From an uncultured delta proteobacterium (lineage in GTDB: Bacteria; Desulfobacterota; Desulfobaccia; Desulfobaccales; 0-14-0-80-60-11), in assembly GCA_963697965.1 (NCBI GenBank), contig OY969108.1, positions 2,109,326 to 2,173,325 of the forward strand: a stretch of 64,000 nucleotides of DNA, given 5' to 3'. The notes below the pieces were generated by a model. The model saw nothing but the letters and a program-made list of their open reading frames with translations, had not been told where the DNA came from and searched no databases. Below are positions 46,844 through 55,330 of this stretch, one piece after another. The translations under genes and the position numbers were made by a program. How positions within the stretch are numbered: the first letter of the stretch is position 1; every line of letters begins with the position of its first letter.

Positions 46844-48427
46844 CTACAACTCCAACTGGAAGGCCTGGGCCACGTGCTCCAGGGCCCGCACGTCTTCAAG
46901 ACATTCCGGGGTAACCGGGGTATCGGTGGTGAGCAGGATGATGTTCTGGCCCCGCTCCCGCTCCTGGCCCACGGTCATCCGGGCAATATTGATCTTATGT
47001 TTGCCGATGGTGCTGCCGATGGCACCGATGACCCCCGGACGGTCGGTATTGTAAATGAACAGCATGTGGCCCTCGGGGGAGGCCTCCAGGCGAAACTTAT
47101 TGATCCGCACTAAGCGGGGCTCATATTTTCCGAAAATAGTCCCGGCCACGGTGTTTTCTTCGTTATTGGCCCGCACCGTCAATCGGATGAGGGTGGAGAA
47201 GTCTTCGGCGGAAGCCGCCTTCTCCTCGCTGACGTGAATACCCCGGGCCTCGGCCATGGCCGGAGCGTTGACGTAATTCACTTCGTCACGCATCACCGGG
47301 GAGAGCAACCCCTTGAGCACGGAATGAATCAGGGGCTTGGTTTCCAGCTTGGCCACCTCGCCGACGTAGGCGACCACCACCGAGGAGATGGCCCCCTCGC
47401 TGATCTGCGCCTGGAAGGCGCCCAGGGCCTCGGCCAGAACCAGGTAGGGTTTCAATTTGCCCAGGGCCTCCTGGGTCACGGAGGGGGCGTTCACCGCGTT
47501 CTTGATGGTGCCGTCCAGCAGCAGTTCCACGATCTGTTCGCAGATGGCCACCGCCACGTTGGCCTGGGCTTCTTCAGTGGAGGCCCCCAGGTGGGGAGTG
47601 CAGATGACCTGCGGCATTTCCCGCAATGGGAAATCCGGCGGCGGCGGTTCCGTTTCATAGACATCCAGGGCCGCGCCGGCCACCTTGCCTTCCTTCAGGG
47701 CCTCGAGCAAGGCCTCTTCGTCAATAAGTCCACCCCGGGCGCAGTTGATGACGCGCACCCCGTTCTTCATCTTTTTGAAGGCCTGCCGGTTCAAAAGTCT
47801 GGCGGTGTCCTTGGTCTTGGGTGTATGCAGGGTGATGAAGTCGGCCCGGGCCATCAGCTCATCCAGGGCCACCAGTTCCACCCCCAAATTGGCGGCAACT
47901 TCCTTGGTAATGAAGGGATCGTAGGCCAGGACCCGCATCTTCAGCCCCAAGGCCCGGTCCGCCACCACGGAGCCGATCCTCCCCATGCCGATAATTCCCA
48001 GGGTCTTGTTGAGGAGTTCGGTGCCCTGGAACTTCTTCTTCTCCCATTTGCCGTTCCGCATGGATTGCGCCGCCTGGGGGATGTTGCGGGCCAAGGCCAT
48101 CATCAGCGACAGGGCGTGCTCCGCGGTGGTGATGGTATTGCCCCCGGGGGTGTTCATCACCACGATGCCCCTTTTGCTGGCGGCGGGAATATCTACGTTG
48201 TCGAGACCCGTGCCGGCCCGGCCCACCACCTTCAGCCGGGGGGCGGCGGCTATGAGTTCCGCGGTCACCTTGGTGCCGCTGCGGATCACCAGGGCGTCGG
48301 CATCCTTGATGGCCTCCTTAAGTTCCGCGGGCGTCAGGCCCGGCCGGTTTACCACCTCTATGTTGGGCTGGGCTTCCAGTACCGCTATTCCGGCGGCATG
48401 CAAGTTGTCGCTGATCAGGACCTTCAT
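46844..48427 (-). CDS. serA: D-3-phosphoglycerate dehydrogenase
   Basis: Start MKVLISD; GRAGTGLDNVD, TLGIIGMGRIG, TPHLGASTEEAQ, C-terminal ACT domain. Confidence 0.96.
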   Translation of the reverse strand: MKVLISDNLHAAGIAVLEAQPNIEVVNRPGLTPAELKEAIKDADALVIRSGTKVTAELIAAAPRLKVVGRAGTGLDNVDIPAASKRGIVVMNTPGGNTITTAEHALSLMMALARNIPQAAQSMRNGKWEKKKFQGTELLNKTLGIIGMGRIGSVVADRALGLKMRVLAYDPFITKEVAANLGVELVALDELMARADFITLHTPKTKDTARLLNRQAFKKMKNGVRVINCARGGLIDEEALLEALKEGKVAGAALDVYETEPPPPDFPLREMPQVICTPHLGASTEEAQANVAVAICEQIVELLLDGTIKNAVNAPSVTQEALGKLKPYLVLAEALGAFQAQISEGAISSVVVAYVGEVAKLETKPLIHSVLKGLLSPVMRDEVNYVNAPAMAEARGIHVSEEKAASAEDFSTLIRLTVRANNEENTVAGTIFGKYEPRLVRINKFRLEASPEGHMLFIYNTDRPGVIGAIGSTIGKHKINIARMTVGQERERGQNIILLTTDTPVTPECLEDVRALEHVAQAFQLEL

Positions 48428-49572
48428 ACCGCTCCCTCCTTGCTCAAGATCTCTTGGGCCGCCTTGAGCCCGACACCCGGCTGCACCCGGAATCCCAAGC
48501 CGTTGAGGACCTCCTCCAGGCCGCCGATGGTGCCCAGCAGGTCCACCGTGTCTATGAAGCCCATGTGGGCGATGCGGAAGATCTTGCCTTTGGCTTGGGC
48601 CTGCCCGCCGGCGATCCAAATCCCCTTTTTCCGCAGTTCGGCCACCACCTTCTGGCCGTCCACCGGAGACTCCACCGCGGTGAGCACATCCGAGGGGTTA
48701 TCCTTGGAATAGAGCTTCAGCCCCATGGCCTGCATGGCCGCTTTGGTGGCCAGGGACAGCCGCCGGTTGTGGGCGAAGATGCGCTCCAACCCCATCGTGC
48801 GAATCTTCCCCAGCACTTCCTTGAGGCCCATGATCAGAGACACCGGCGAGGTATAGGGGGTCTGGTTCTTGGCCTGGGATTTGAGCTGCTTGGTAAAATC
48901 GAAGTAGTATTTAGGGAGTGTGGATGTCTTGACCAACTCCCAGGCCTTGGGGCTGAGCGCGGCAAAGGCCAACCCCGGCGGCAACATCATGGCCTTTTGC
49001 GAACCGGCCACCAACACGTCGATGCCCCAGGCGTCCATGGGCAGCGGATAGCCGCCCAGGGCCGAAATGGCGTCCACCACCAGGATGGTTCCCGGCCGGG
49101 TCCTGGTCACTGCCGCCAGTTCCTTAACCGGGTGGGCCACCGCGGTCGAGGTTTCGTTGGCCTGGACCATGACCGCCTTGATGGCCGGGTTGGCATCCAG
49201 CATCTTGGCCACCTTCTGGGGGTCCACCGCATGGCCCCATTCCACCACGAGGCGCTCCGCCTTGACCCCGTAAACACCGCACAGCTCGGTCCAACGTTCC
49301 CCGAACTTACCGCCGTCCACCACCAGGGCGGTGTCGCCGGCGCTCAGGGTATTGGCCACCGCCCCCTCCATGGCGCCGGTGCCGGTAGCGCAAAAGATCA
49401 GCACTTCCTGTTCCGTCTGGAACAGGTATTTCAGATCTTCCCGCACCTGGCCCAGGATCTCCATGAACTGCGGGGCGCGATGATGGATGATGGGTTGGGC
49501 CATGGCCAGTTGGGTTTCCGGAGCCACCGGGGTGGGGCCCGGAGTCATCAGGTACATTTTCATCTTGATCAC
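48424..49572 (-). CDS. Class V aminotransferase (alanine-glyoxylate/serine-pyruvate type)
   Basis: LMTPGPTP, HHR, VDAISA, GSQKAMMLPPG (PLP Lys), FRIAHMG. Confidence 0.92.
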   Translation of the reverse strand: MIKMKMYLMTPGPTPVAPETQLAMAQPIIHHRAPQFMEILGQVREDLKYLFQTEQEVLIFCATGTGAMEGAVANTLSAGDTALVVDGGKFGERWTELCGVYGVKAERLVVEWGHAVDPQKVAKMLDANPAIKAVMVQANETSTAVAHPVKELAAVTRTRPGTILVVDAISALGGYPLPMDAWGIDVLVAGSQKAMMLPPGLAFAALSPKAWELVKTSTLPKYYFDFTKQLKSQAKNQTPYTSPVSLIMGLKEVLGKIRTMGLERIFAHNRRLSLATKAAMQAMGLKLYSKDNPSDVLTAVESPVDGQKVVAELRKKGIWIAGGQAQAKGKIFRIAHMGFIDTVDLLGTIGGLEEVLNGLGFRVQPGVGLKAAQEILSKEGAV

Positions 49573-49782
49573 CTTAGCTTAATCGTTTATTTTTCCAGGG
49601 AATCTTGGGGAATCACGTAGAATGTTAAAGTTTATTGTCTATGCCCATCGCTGTCAAGAGTTCTGCCGCCGCCTTAGTGAAAAAAGGCACGATGACCCGG
49701 GACTCCGCCGCCTTCAGGGCTCTATTTGACACCCTCCGGGAAAGCGGTTAGAATCGTAGCCATTAGCGCAAAGGAAGCAGCG

Positions 49783-50160
49783 TTGGCGGATAAATGGCAG
49801 TTCACCATCCTGCGCCAGGAGGCCCGCTCCCGGCGCCTCATTCTGGAAGGCCAGGCCCATCCCCCGTACGAGCGCCCCTACTACGATCCGCTCTTTTTTT
49901 ACACGGTGGCCGGTCCCGATTATCTTTCCCTGGAGGTGAGCCGGGATTTTGACGGGGAGCGGCTTTTACAGTATCTGACCGGACTCCTGGGTCAACCGGC
50001 GGCCCCGCCCCGGGTGCAGGTGGGCGGCAGTCAACTCGACGAGGAAGGCGCCTTGGTTCTGGTGGAGTGGCATTTTCCCCCGGCCGGGCGTGGGGAGATG
50101 ATCCGGCATCTGGGAGAGATTCTGGGGCGGGCCTTTTCATCTTATCAGGAGGAGCCATGA
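49783..50160 (+). CDS. Hypothetical protein, paralog 1 of an unrecognised family
   Basis: TTG start after AAGGAAG; stop overlaps next ATG (ATGA); collinear motifs with 51564-51929. Confidence 0.7.
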   Translation: MADKWQFTILRQEARSRRLILEGQAHPPYERPYYDPLFFYTVAGPDYLSLEVSRDFDGERLLQYLTGLLGQPAAPPRVQVGGSQLDEEGALVLVEWHFPPAGRGEMIRHLGEILGRAFSSYQEEP

Positions 50161-51149
50161 TCCATCTGGGCGAATATGACCCCTTGCTTGAAGGCATCTG
50201 GTGGGTTGAAGAAGCGGGCATGAGCAGCAATGTCTATATCCTCAATGAAGGCCGCACTCTCATTGACGCCGGCAACTACTACGGTATCCTCCAGGAACTT
50301 AGCGAAGTCTTCGATATCTCCCTTTTGGAACAGCTTTTCATTACCCACTGCCACTACGACCACGTAGGGGGCATGGGAGAGCTTTTCGACTGGTGCAACC
50401 CTAAGGTTTACGGGCACATCGACACCCTGCCCTACATCAATTTCCAGTACGTCCCCTTCATGAAGATCATGGAGAAGGCCGGCCGGGCGGACCAGGTGGT
50501 GATCCTTCGGGGCGGCGAGCGCCTCCAGGCGGGAAACCATCTCCTGGAGGTAATCGCCACCCCAGGCCACACCCGGGGCGACATCTGCATCTACGAACGA
50601 GAACGGCGCCTCCTCTTCTCCGGAGATACGGTTTTTCCCAGCACCCCCACCGAAAATATCTTGTCTGACGCCGATAAGGGTTTGGGCAGTATGGACCAGC
50701 TCATCGCCTCCCTGGGCCGCCTGGTGCCTTACCAGGTCGATTTCCTGCTGCCGGGCCACGGCCAGCCTGCCTTCTCCGACGGCGAGGCTCACGTGCTCAA
50801 CGCCTATCTGGAGACCCGCAAGTCGGTGGAGGACGACAAGAGCCGTCCCTACCTGGACGCGGCCCGGATGCTGGCGGACGCCGGCCGCCCGGAAAAGGCC
50901 CTGGAATGTTACAATATTGCCTTGCAACTCGATCCGGGCAATGTTGAAGCCCTGGTCTATAAAGGCGCCACCCTCACCGAATTGCAGCACTACGACGAGG
51001 CCCTGGTTTGCTTCGACAAGATTCTCAAACACGCCCCTGACCTGGACGAGGCCCTGACCGGCAAAGGCTTCGCCCTCCTCGGCCTGGGAAGGACGGAGGA
51101 GGCCCTTAAACTTCCCGGCTTTGCCGCCCGCCTGAAAACTTTGCTATGA
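50157..51149 (+). CDS. Metallo-beta-lactamase fold hydrolase with C-terminal TPR repeats
   Basis: THCHYDH (HxHxDH), TPGHT, FSGD, PGHG; C-terminal TPRs; start MIHLGE after GGAGGAG. Confidence 0.88.
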   Translation: MIHLGEYDPLLEGIWWVEEAGMSSNVYILNEGRTLIDAGNYYGILQELSEVFDISLLEQLFITHCHYDHVGGMGELFDWCNPKVYGHIDTLPYINFQYVPFMKIMEKAGRADQVVILRGGERLQAGNHLLEVIATPGHTRGDICIYERERRLLFSGDTVFPSTPTENILSDADKGLGSMDQLIASLGRLVPYQVDFLLPGHGQPAFSDGEAHVLNAYLETRKSVEDDKSRPYLDAARMLADAGRPEKALECYNIALQLDPGNVEALVYKGATLTELQHYDEALVCFDKILKHAPDLDEALTGKGFALLGLGRTEEALKLPGFAARLKTLL

Positions 51150-51154
51150 ATATT

Positions 51155-51538
51155 GCTTTCAGCGGTCGGCTTTCAGCAATCAGCCAAAAAGAATCATATT
51201 TTTGGTTGCCATGCTCTCCGATCTTCACCATGATTTTCCCTAGGCTTTTATGGCGGAGATCAGTAGTGTCCGGGTGAGATTTTGCCCAAGGACTGGCGAT
51301 TCAAAATTGAAAAAATGTCGCCGCAAGCCTTAAGGCAGAGAAAACGGGGGCTGCCCAGAATCGCCAAAACTCCCTTTCCCCTGTGAGGGGAGAGAGGAGA
51401 AAGCAAGAGAACTCCATAAGTTAATCAGAGAAGATTTGGGAGCTTAGATTACAAAGGTAGATTAGCAAAAACCTTGCCGGCCACTGCTGGGCGGAGATAG
51501 GTTTAGTTTGTCACTGCTCACTGCTCACTGCTCACTAT
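51155..51538 (-). repeat. Heptamer-armed element, copy 3 (inverted, interrupted by a MITE)
   Basis: Reverse complement of the 44276 element: heptamer arm and core at 51155-51260, (AGTGAGC)x3 arm ending at 51538. Confidence 0.8.
51261..51489. mobile_element. 229-bp MITE with imperfect TIRs and 9-bp target-site duplication
   Basis: Left end cagtagtgtccgg vs reverse complement of right end cagcagtggccgg (11/13); direct repeat ggcggagat at 51252-51260 and 51490-51498; no ORF. Confidence 0.8.
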
Positions 51539-51563
51539 AAATAGCTGGCCGCTTTTATATCCC

Positions 51564-51929
51564 ATGTCCTCAAAATGGCATATAATCCTGGACCGTGAGG
51601 AACAGCGCCGCAAGGTGGCGTTCCTGGAAGGGCGGGCCCAGGGCACCGGGTGTGCCGGCGACCCCGAGGAAGTGGAGTTCTCCCTGGCCCTTTATTCCGA
51701 TCAGATATCCCTGAACGTACCCGCCTCCACCCTGGGCCGGGAATTCGTCGCGGACCTCACCGCCATCCTGGGTCTGCCGAAGCTGCCGCCCACCGTCAAG
51801 TGTAGCTGCTCCTGGGGGCAGGGGGTCGTGGGGGCCATGCTGCTGGTCCTCTGGGAGCTGCCGGCCCCCAACGCCGCCCGGCTGCTCCGGACCCTGCACG
51901 CCTTTCTGGGAAGCTCCCTGCCCTCTTAG
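51564..51929 (+). CDS. Hypothetical protein, paralog 2 of an unrecognised family
   Basis: 121 aa; KW-x5-R-x-E-x-R-x5-LEG and LTxxLGxPxxPPxV shared with 49783-50160. Confidence 0.7.
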   Translation: MSSKWHIILDREEQRRKVAFLEGRAQGTGCAGDPEEVEFSLALYSDQISLNVPASTLGREFVADLTAILGLPKLPPTVKCSCSWGQGVVGAMLLVLWELPAPNAARLLRTLHAFLGSSLPS

Positions 51930-51992
51930 TTTCATCTTTTATCTTCATATTCCGGTAGCCGCAGGCTTTAGCCGGCGCGCTGGGGGGATTCT

Positions 51993-52131
51993 GGTTCCCA
52001 AGCTCCTGCTTGGGAACCCATTTTTTGGTGCAAAGCTCCTGCTTTGCTTATAAAAGCTCGCTTTGGGGCGGGCTGGTTTTCGCCAGCAGAGCTTGGCGCC
52101 AAAGGTGCGTTTCCAAGCTGGAGCTTGGGAA
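51993..52131. repeat. TTCCCAAGCT-type palindromic repeat element
   Basis: Terminal palindromes ggttcccaagctcctgcttgggaacc and tttccaagctggagcttgggaa, with degenerate aagct..gctt units between. Confidence 0.65.
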
Positions 52132-52195
52132 GGAGAGGGTAGATTATTCGCGGCGTTTTCAATTACATTTAGCGGGAAGGGAGGTTTGAATACTT

Positions 52196-54721
52196 CTAAT
52201 TCTTCTGGGATGATTTCTGATGGTTCTCGGAAGAAAAAGGAATCTCGAAGGAGATGCTGGCGCCCTGGCCCTCCCGGCTTTGCACGGACAGGTCCCCACC
52301 CACCATCCGGGCCCGTTCCTCCATGGCCACCAGTCCCATACCCCGGCCCCGGCGCCGCGCCTCCGCTGAATAACCTTTACCGTTGTCCTTGATGATAAAT
52401 GAGACCCGGTCGGGCTTCCGGTCCATGGAAACTGCCATCCTGCTGGCCTGGGAATGTTTGCCGATATTGGTAAGACATTCCTGGAAGATGCGGTAGATGG
52501 CGACCTGCGCCTCCACGGGAAACAGGTCGTCAATGTCAATTTCCTGGAACTCGCATTCGAGGTGATTATGTTTGCAGAATTCTCCAAGCAGGTGTTGCAA
52601 AGCCGCGGATAGGCCCAGATCCTCCACGATCATGGGGCTCAGGTCATGGGAGAGGCGCCGGACCTTGTCCACCACCTGGTCCAAATTGGTCAGCATTCCC
52701 TCGCATTCCTCGTGAAGGTGCTGCGCCTCGAGCGGCAACTCCTTCTTGATCTCCCTGGCCTGGAGTTTCAAGACCAGCAAGGCCTGCCCCAGTTCATCGT
52801 GCAGTTCCCGGGAGATCCGCTTGCGCTCGTCCTCCTGCGCGGACATCAACTTGGAGGCCAGGTGGCGTAATTTCTCCTCCGACTCTCGCAACCGCGTCTC
52901 CGCCTCTTTTCTCTGGGTGATGTCCTCCGCCATGCCAGCCACATATAAGGGTTGGCCCTCGGGGTCCTGCACCAGGGAGGCGGTCACCCGGCACCATAAA
53001 TATTGGCCGTTTTTCCGTTGAAAGCGCTTTTCAATCCGGTAGCTCTCCCGCCGGCCGGTGGCCACTTCCCGGAAAAGTTCCAGGCTCCTCTTCCGATCAT
53101 CAGCATGGGTAAGCTCACTGATGGGCTTGCCCCGCAATTCTGCCTCCCCATAACCCAGCATCTCCAGAAAGGCATTATTGACGCTCAGGTAGCGCCCCTT
53201 AAGGTCGATGAGGCCGATACCCAGGGCGGCCCGCTCAAAGACGGCCCGGAAGCGCGCCTCACTTTCACGCAGCCGTAATTCTGCAATCCGGCGTTCAGTG
53301 ATGTCCTGGGCTGCCCCCACCAGTCGCCAGGGTCTGCCGCGTTCGTCCAGAATGACTTCTTCCTGGGTATGTAGATAACGAATGGCGCCGTCGGGGCGAA
53401 CAATGCGGCTGACCTGAGAGACAGCCCGTTCTCCAGCCAGGGCCCGCGCCAGGTCGTCTCGCACCCGGGCCGCATCCTCCGGGTGCGTCAAGCTCAAACC
53501 CGCTTCCAGCGACGGCGCGAAGCTCCGCTTATCCACACCGTAGATACGGTACAATTCTTCAGACCAGACCATTTCGCCGGACTTGGGATTCCATTCCCAG
53601 TAGGCCAGGTGGGCCAACTGCTGCGCCTTGGCCAGCCGCGACTCGCTCAGGAGCAAGGCCTCCCGGGTGGCCCGACGCTCACTGACGTCGTAGATCACCC
53701 CGATCACATGGTCGATCTGGCCGTCCGGCCGGAAGATTATTTGGCCCCGGCCCTCGAGCCAGAGAATGCGGCCATCCTTGGTGCGGATGCGGTATTCCCG
53801 GATAAATCGGCCGTCTTCCTTCAAAGCCTTGATAAATGCCTGCTTGTATTCGCCCCCAAGATCCTCCTCCAGGATGAGATCGGACCATTTCAGGCGGCGG
53901 GAGGTGAATTCCTCCTGCGGATATCCGGTAAGTGTTTCAATCTCGTCATCGAAGAAGTCGATGGACCAATCGGGATAACCCTTAAAGACCAGCGCCGGGA
54001 TGGCGCGCACCAGCCAGCGGTATTCCCGCTCCTGCTTCCTCAGGTTCTCCTCCGCCAGCTTGCGCCCGGTGATATCGATGCCCAGAGTCAGGGCCAGGAT
54101 AGTGCCATCCGGGTCCTTCAAGGGATAGTAGTACATCTGGTAGGTTCGCTGGCGCGGCGCATCGGTCCATTCCATTTCAACTTCGGCGCCGGTTTCGAAT
54201 ACCCTGAGGGCCGGGCAACCTGAACATGGCTCTTCCCTGCACGCCAGCAGCTCAAAGCAGCGTTTCCCCTCCCAATCCCCATATCTCTCCCGGAAGAAGC
54301 GGTTGCCGAAGCGAATGGAATAATCCGGGCCCGCCACGTTCACCATGGCCGGCATCCCGTCCAACATGGCATAGAGCCGCTGCCGTTCCGCCTCCGAGTC
54401 TTCCTGGGAGCGCTTCAGGGCCACGCCGCGCTTGATGGCCACCATCAGGGGGGAGATGTAAAGGAGTCCGGCCAGCAGCACCACCGAAATCGCCAGGGTC
54501 AGGCCGTCCTCCCAAAAGGAAAAGGGGATGGCCTTGTTGCCGGCCAGGTAGTAACCGAGCAGGACAATGCGGCGCATCGCCATGAGGCAGAAGGCCGCGG
54601 AGATCAACAGCCAAGCCGGGCTTCTGCCGGTGACCCGAACCAGCCTGAGGGCGCAATACGCCGCAGCGAGTTGGACCGATCCCGCCGCCACAAACAGCAG
54701 AATGGCAAGGTGGTTAGCCAT
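52196..54721 (-). CDS. Multi-PAS/PAC sensor histidine kinase (HisKA_3, NarX/UhpB-like)
   Basis: N-terminal TM helices, about 4 PAS/PAC units, RELHDELGQ, QECLTNIGKHS, DNGKG, GMGLVAMEER. Confidence 0.92.
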   Translation of the reverse strand: MANHLAILLFVAAGSVQLAAAYCALRLVRVTGRSPAWLLISAAFCLMAMRRIVLLGYYLAGNKAIPFSFWEDGLTLAISVVLLAGLLYISPLMVAIKRGVALKRSQEDSEAERQRLYAMLDGMPAMVNVAGPDYSIRFGNRFFRERYGDWEGKRCFELLACREEPCSGCPALRVFETGAEVEMEWTDAPRQRTYQMYYYPLKDPDGTILALTLGIDITGRKLAEENLRKQEREYRWLVRAIPALVFKGYPDWSIDFFDDEIETLTGYPQEEFTSRRLKWSDLILEEDLGGEYKQAFIKALKEDGRFIREYRIRTKDGRILWLEGRGQIIFRPDGQIDHVIGVIYDVSERRATREALLLSESRLAKAQQLAHLAYWEWNPKSGEMVWSEELYRIYGVDKRSFAPSLEAGLSLTHPEDAARVRDDLARALAGERAVSQVSRIVRPDGAIRYLHTQEEVILDERGRPWRLVGAAQDITERRIAELRLRESEARFRAVFERAALGIGLIDLKGRYLSVNNAFLEMLGYGEAELRGKPISELTHADDRKRSLELFREVATGRRESYRIEKRFQRKNGQYLWCRVTASLVQDPEGQPLYVAGMAEDITQRKEAETRLRESEEKLRHLASKLMSAQEDERKRISRELHDELGQALLVLKLQAREIKKELPLEAQHLHEECEGMLTNLDQVVDKVRRLSHDLSPMIVEDLGLSAALQHLLGEFCKHNHLECEFQEIDIDDLFPVEAQVAIYRIFQECLTNIGKHSQASRMAVSMDRKPDRVSFIIKDNGKGYSAEARRRGRGMGLVAMEERARMVGGDLSVQSREGQGASISFEIPFSSENHQKSSQKN

Positions 54722-54970
54722 CAGCCCTTCTCCTGGGAGCCGCCCTGGTGGCCGCCCGCCGGGCGGCCGGAACCGTCAATGACTGCAAGAAGCCCTCGGA
54801 CCTGAACCGGCGAACTTTCTACAATATTGAAAAACTATTTAAAAAATTAAGCCCAAGCAGGGGCCGGTTTGAAGATGCTCAGGAGCCGGCCACCAGGGGC
54901 TTAGAGGCCCAACCTGCCAGTAATCCAAGCCGGATGCTAGACCAGTATGAGAAGAGTCCCCAAAGGGCGT

Positions 54971-55330
54971 TTAACCTTCCGCGGCCGGGGGCGCCTCCGG
55001 GATGGGGTGCACCACCGCAATCCAGGGAATACACAAGGCCTGTTTTTCCGAGGCGTAAGGGAACCCGGAAGGCAGATAGGCCCCAAAGGGACACTGGCCG
55101 CAAAGCTCCCCGGCCGTGCCGCAAACGGCCCGCAGTAGGGCGGCGTCCCCGATCAAGTGGCGCATGGCCGCCTGCAGTTTCCTCACATCTTCCAGTTCCG
55201 GATTCTCGATCTCCCGGATCATAGACTCCATCACCCGGGCCAATTCCAGGAGCAGAGGAGCCAGGCTGCTCTCTTCCAACTGCTGGAGCCGCCTCATAAA
55301 GTCATGGGTCTGGATGCCGCCGCTGGTCAT
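54971..55330 (-). CDS. Small hypothetical protein with Cys cluster (C-x6-C-x2-C ... C)
   Basis: ATG overlaps the amidoligase stop; helical N-half then VCGTAGELCGQCPF and LCIPW. Confidence 0.65.
   Translation of the reverse strand: MTSGGIQTHDFMRRLQQLEESSLAPLLLELARVMESMIREIENPELEDVRKLQAAMRHLIGDAALLRAVCGTAGELCGQCPFGAYLPSGFPYASEKQALCIPWIAVVHPIPEAPPAAEG

Noticed and set aside
48428-48619. 64-aa N-terminal extension of serA in the ORF track
   Set aside because: It overlaps the aminotransferase gene; the true start MKVLISD has an RBS (GGAGG) and a coupled ATGA junction
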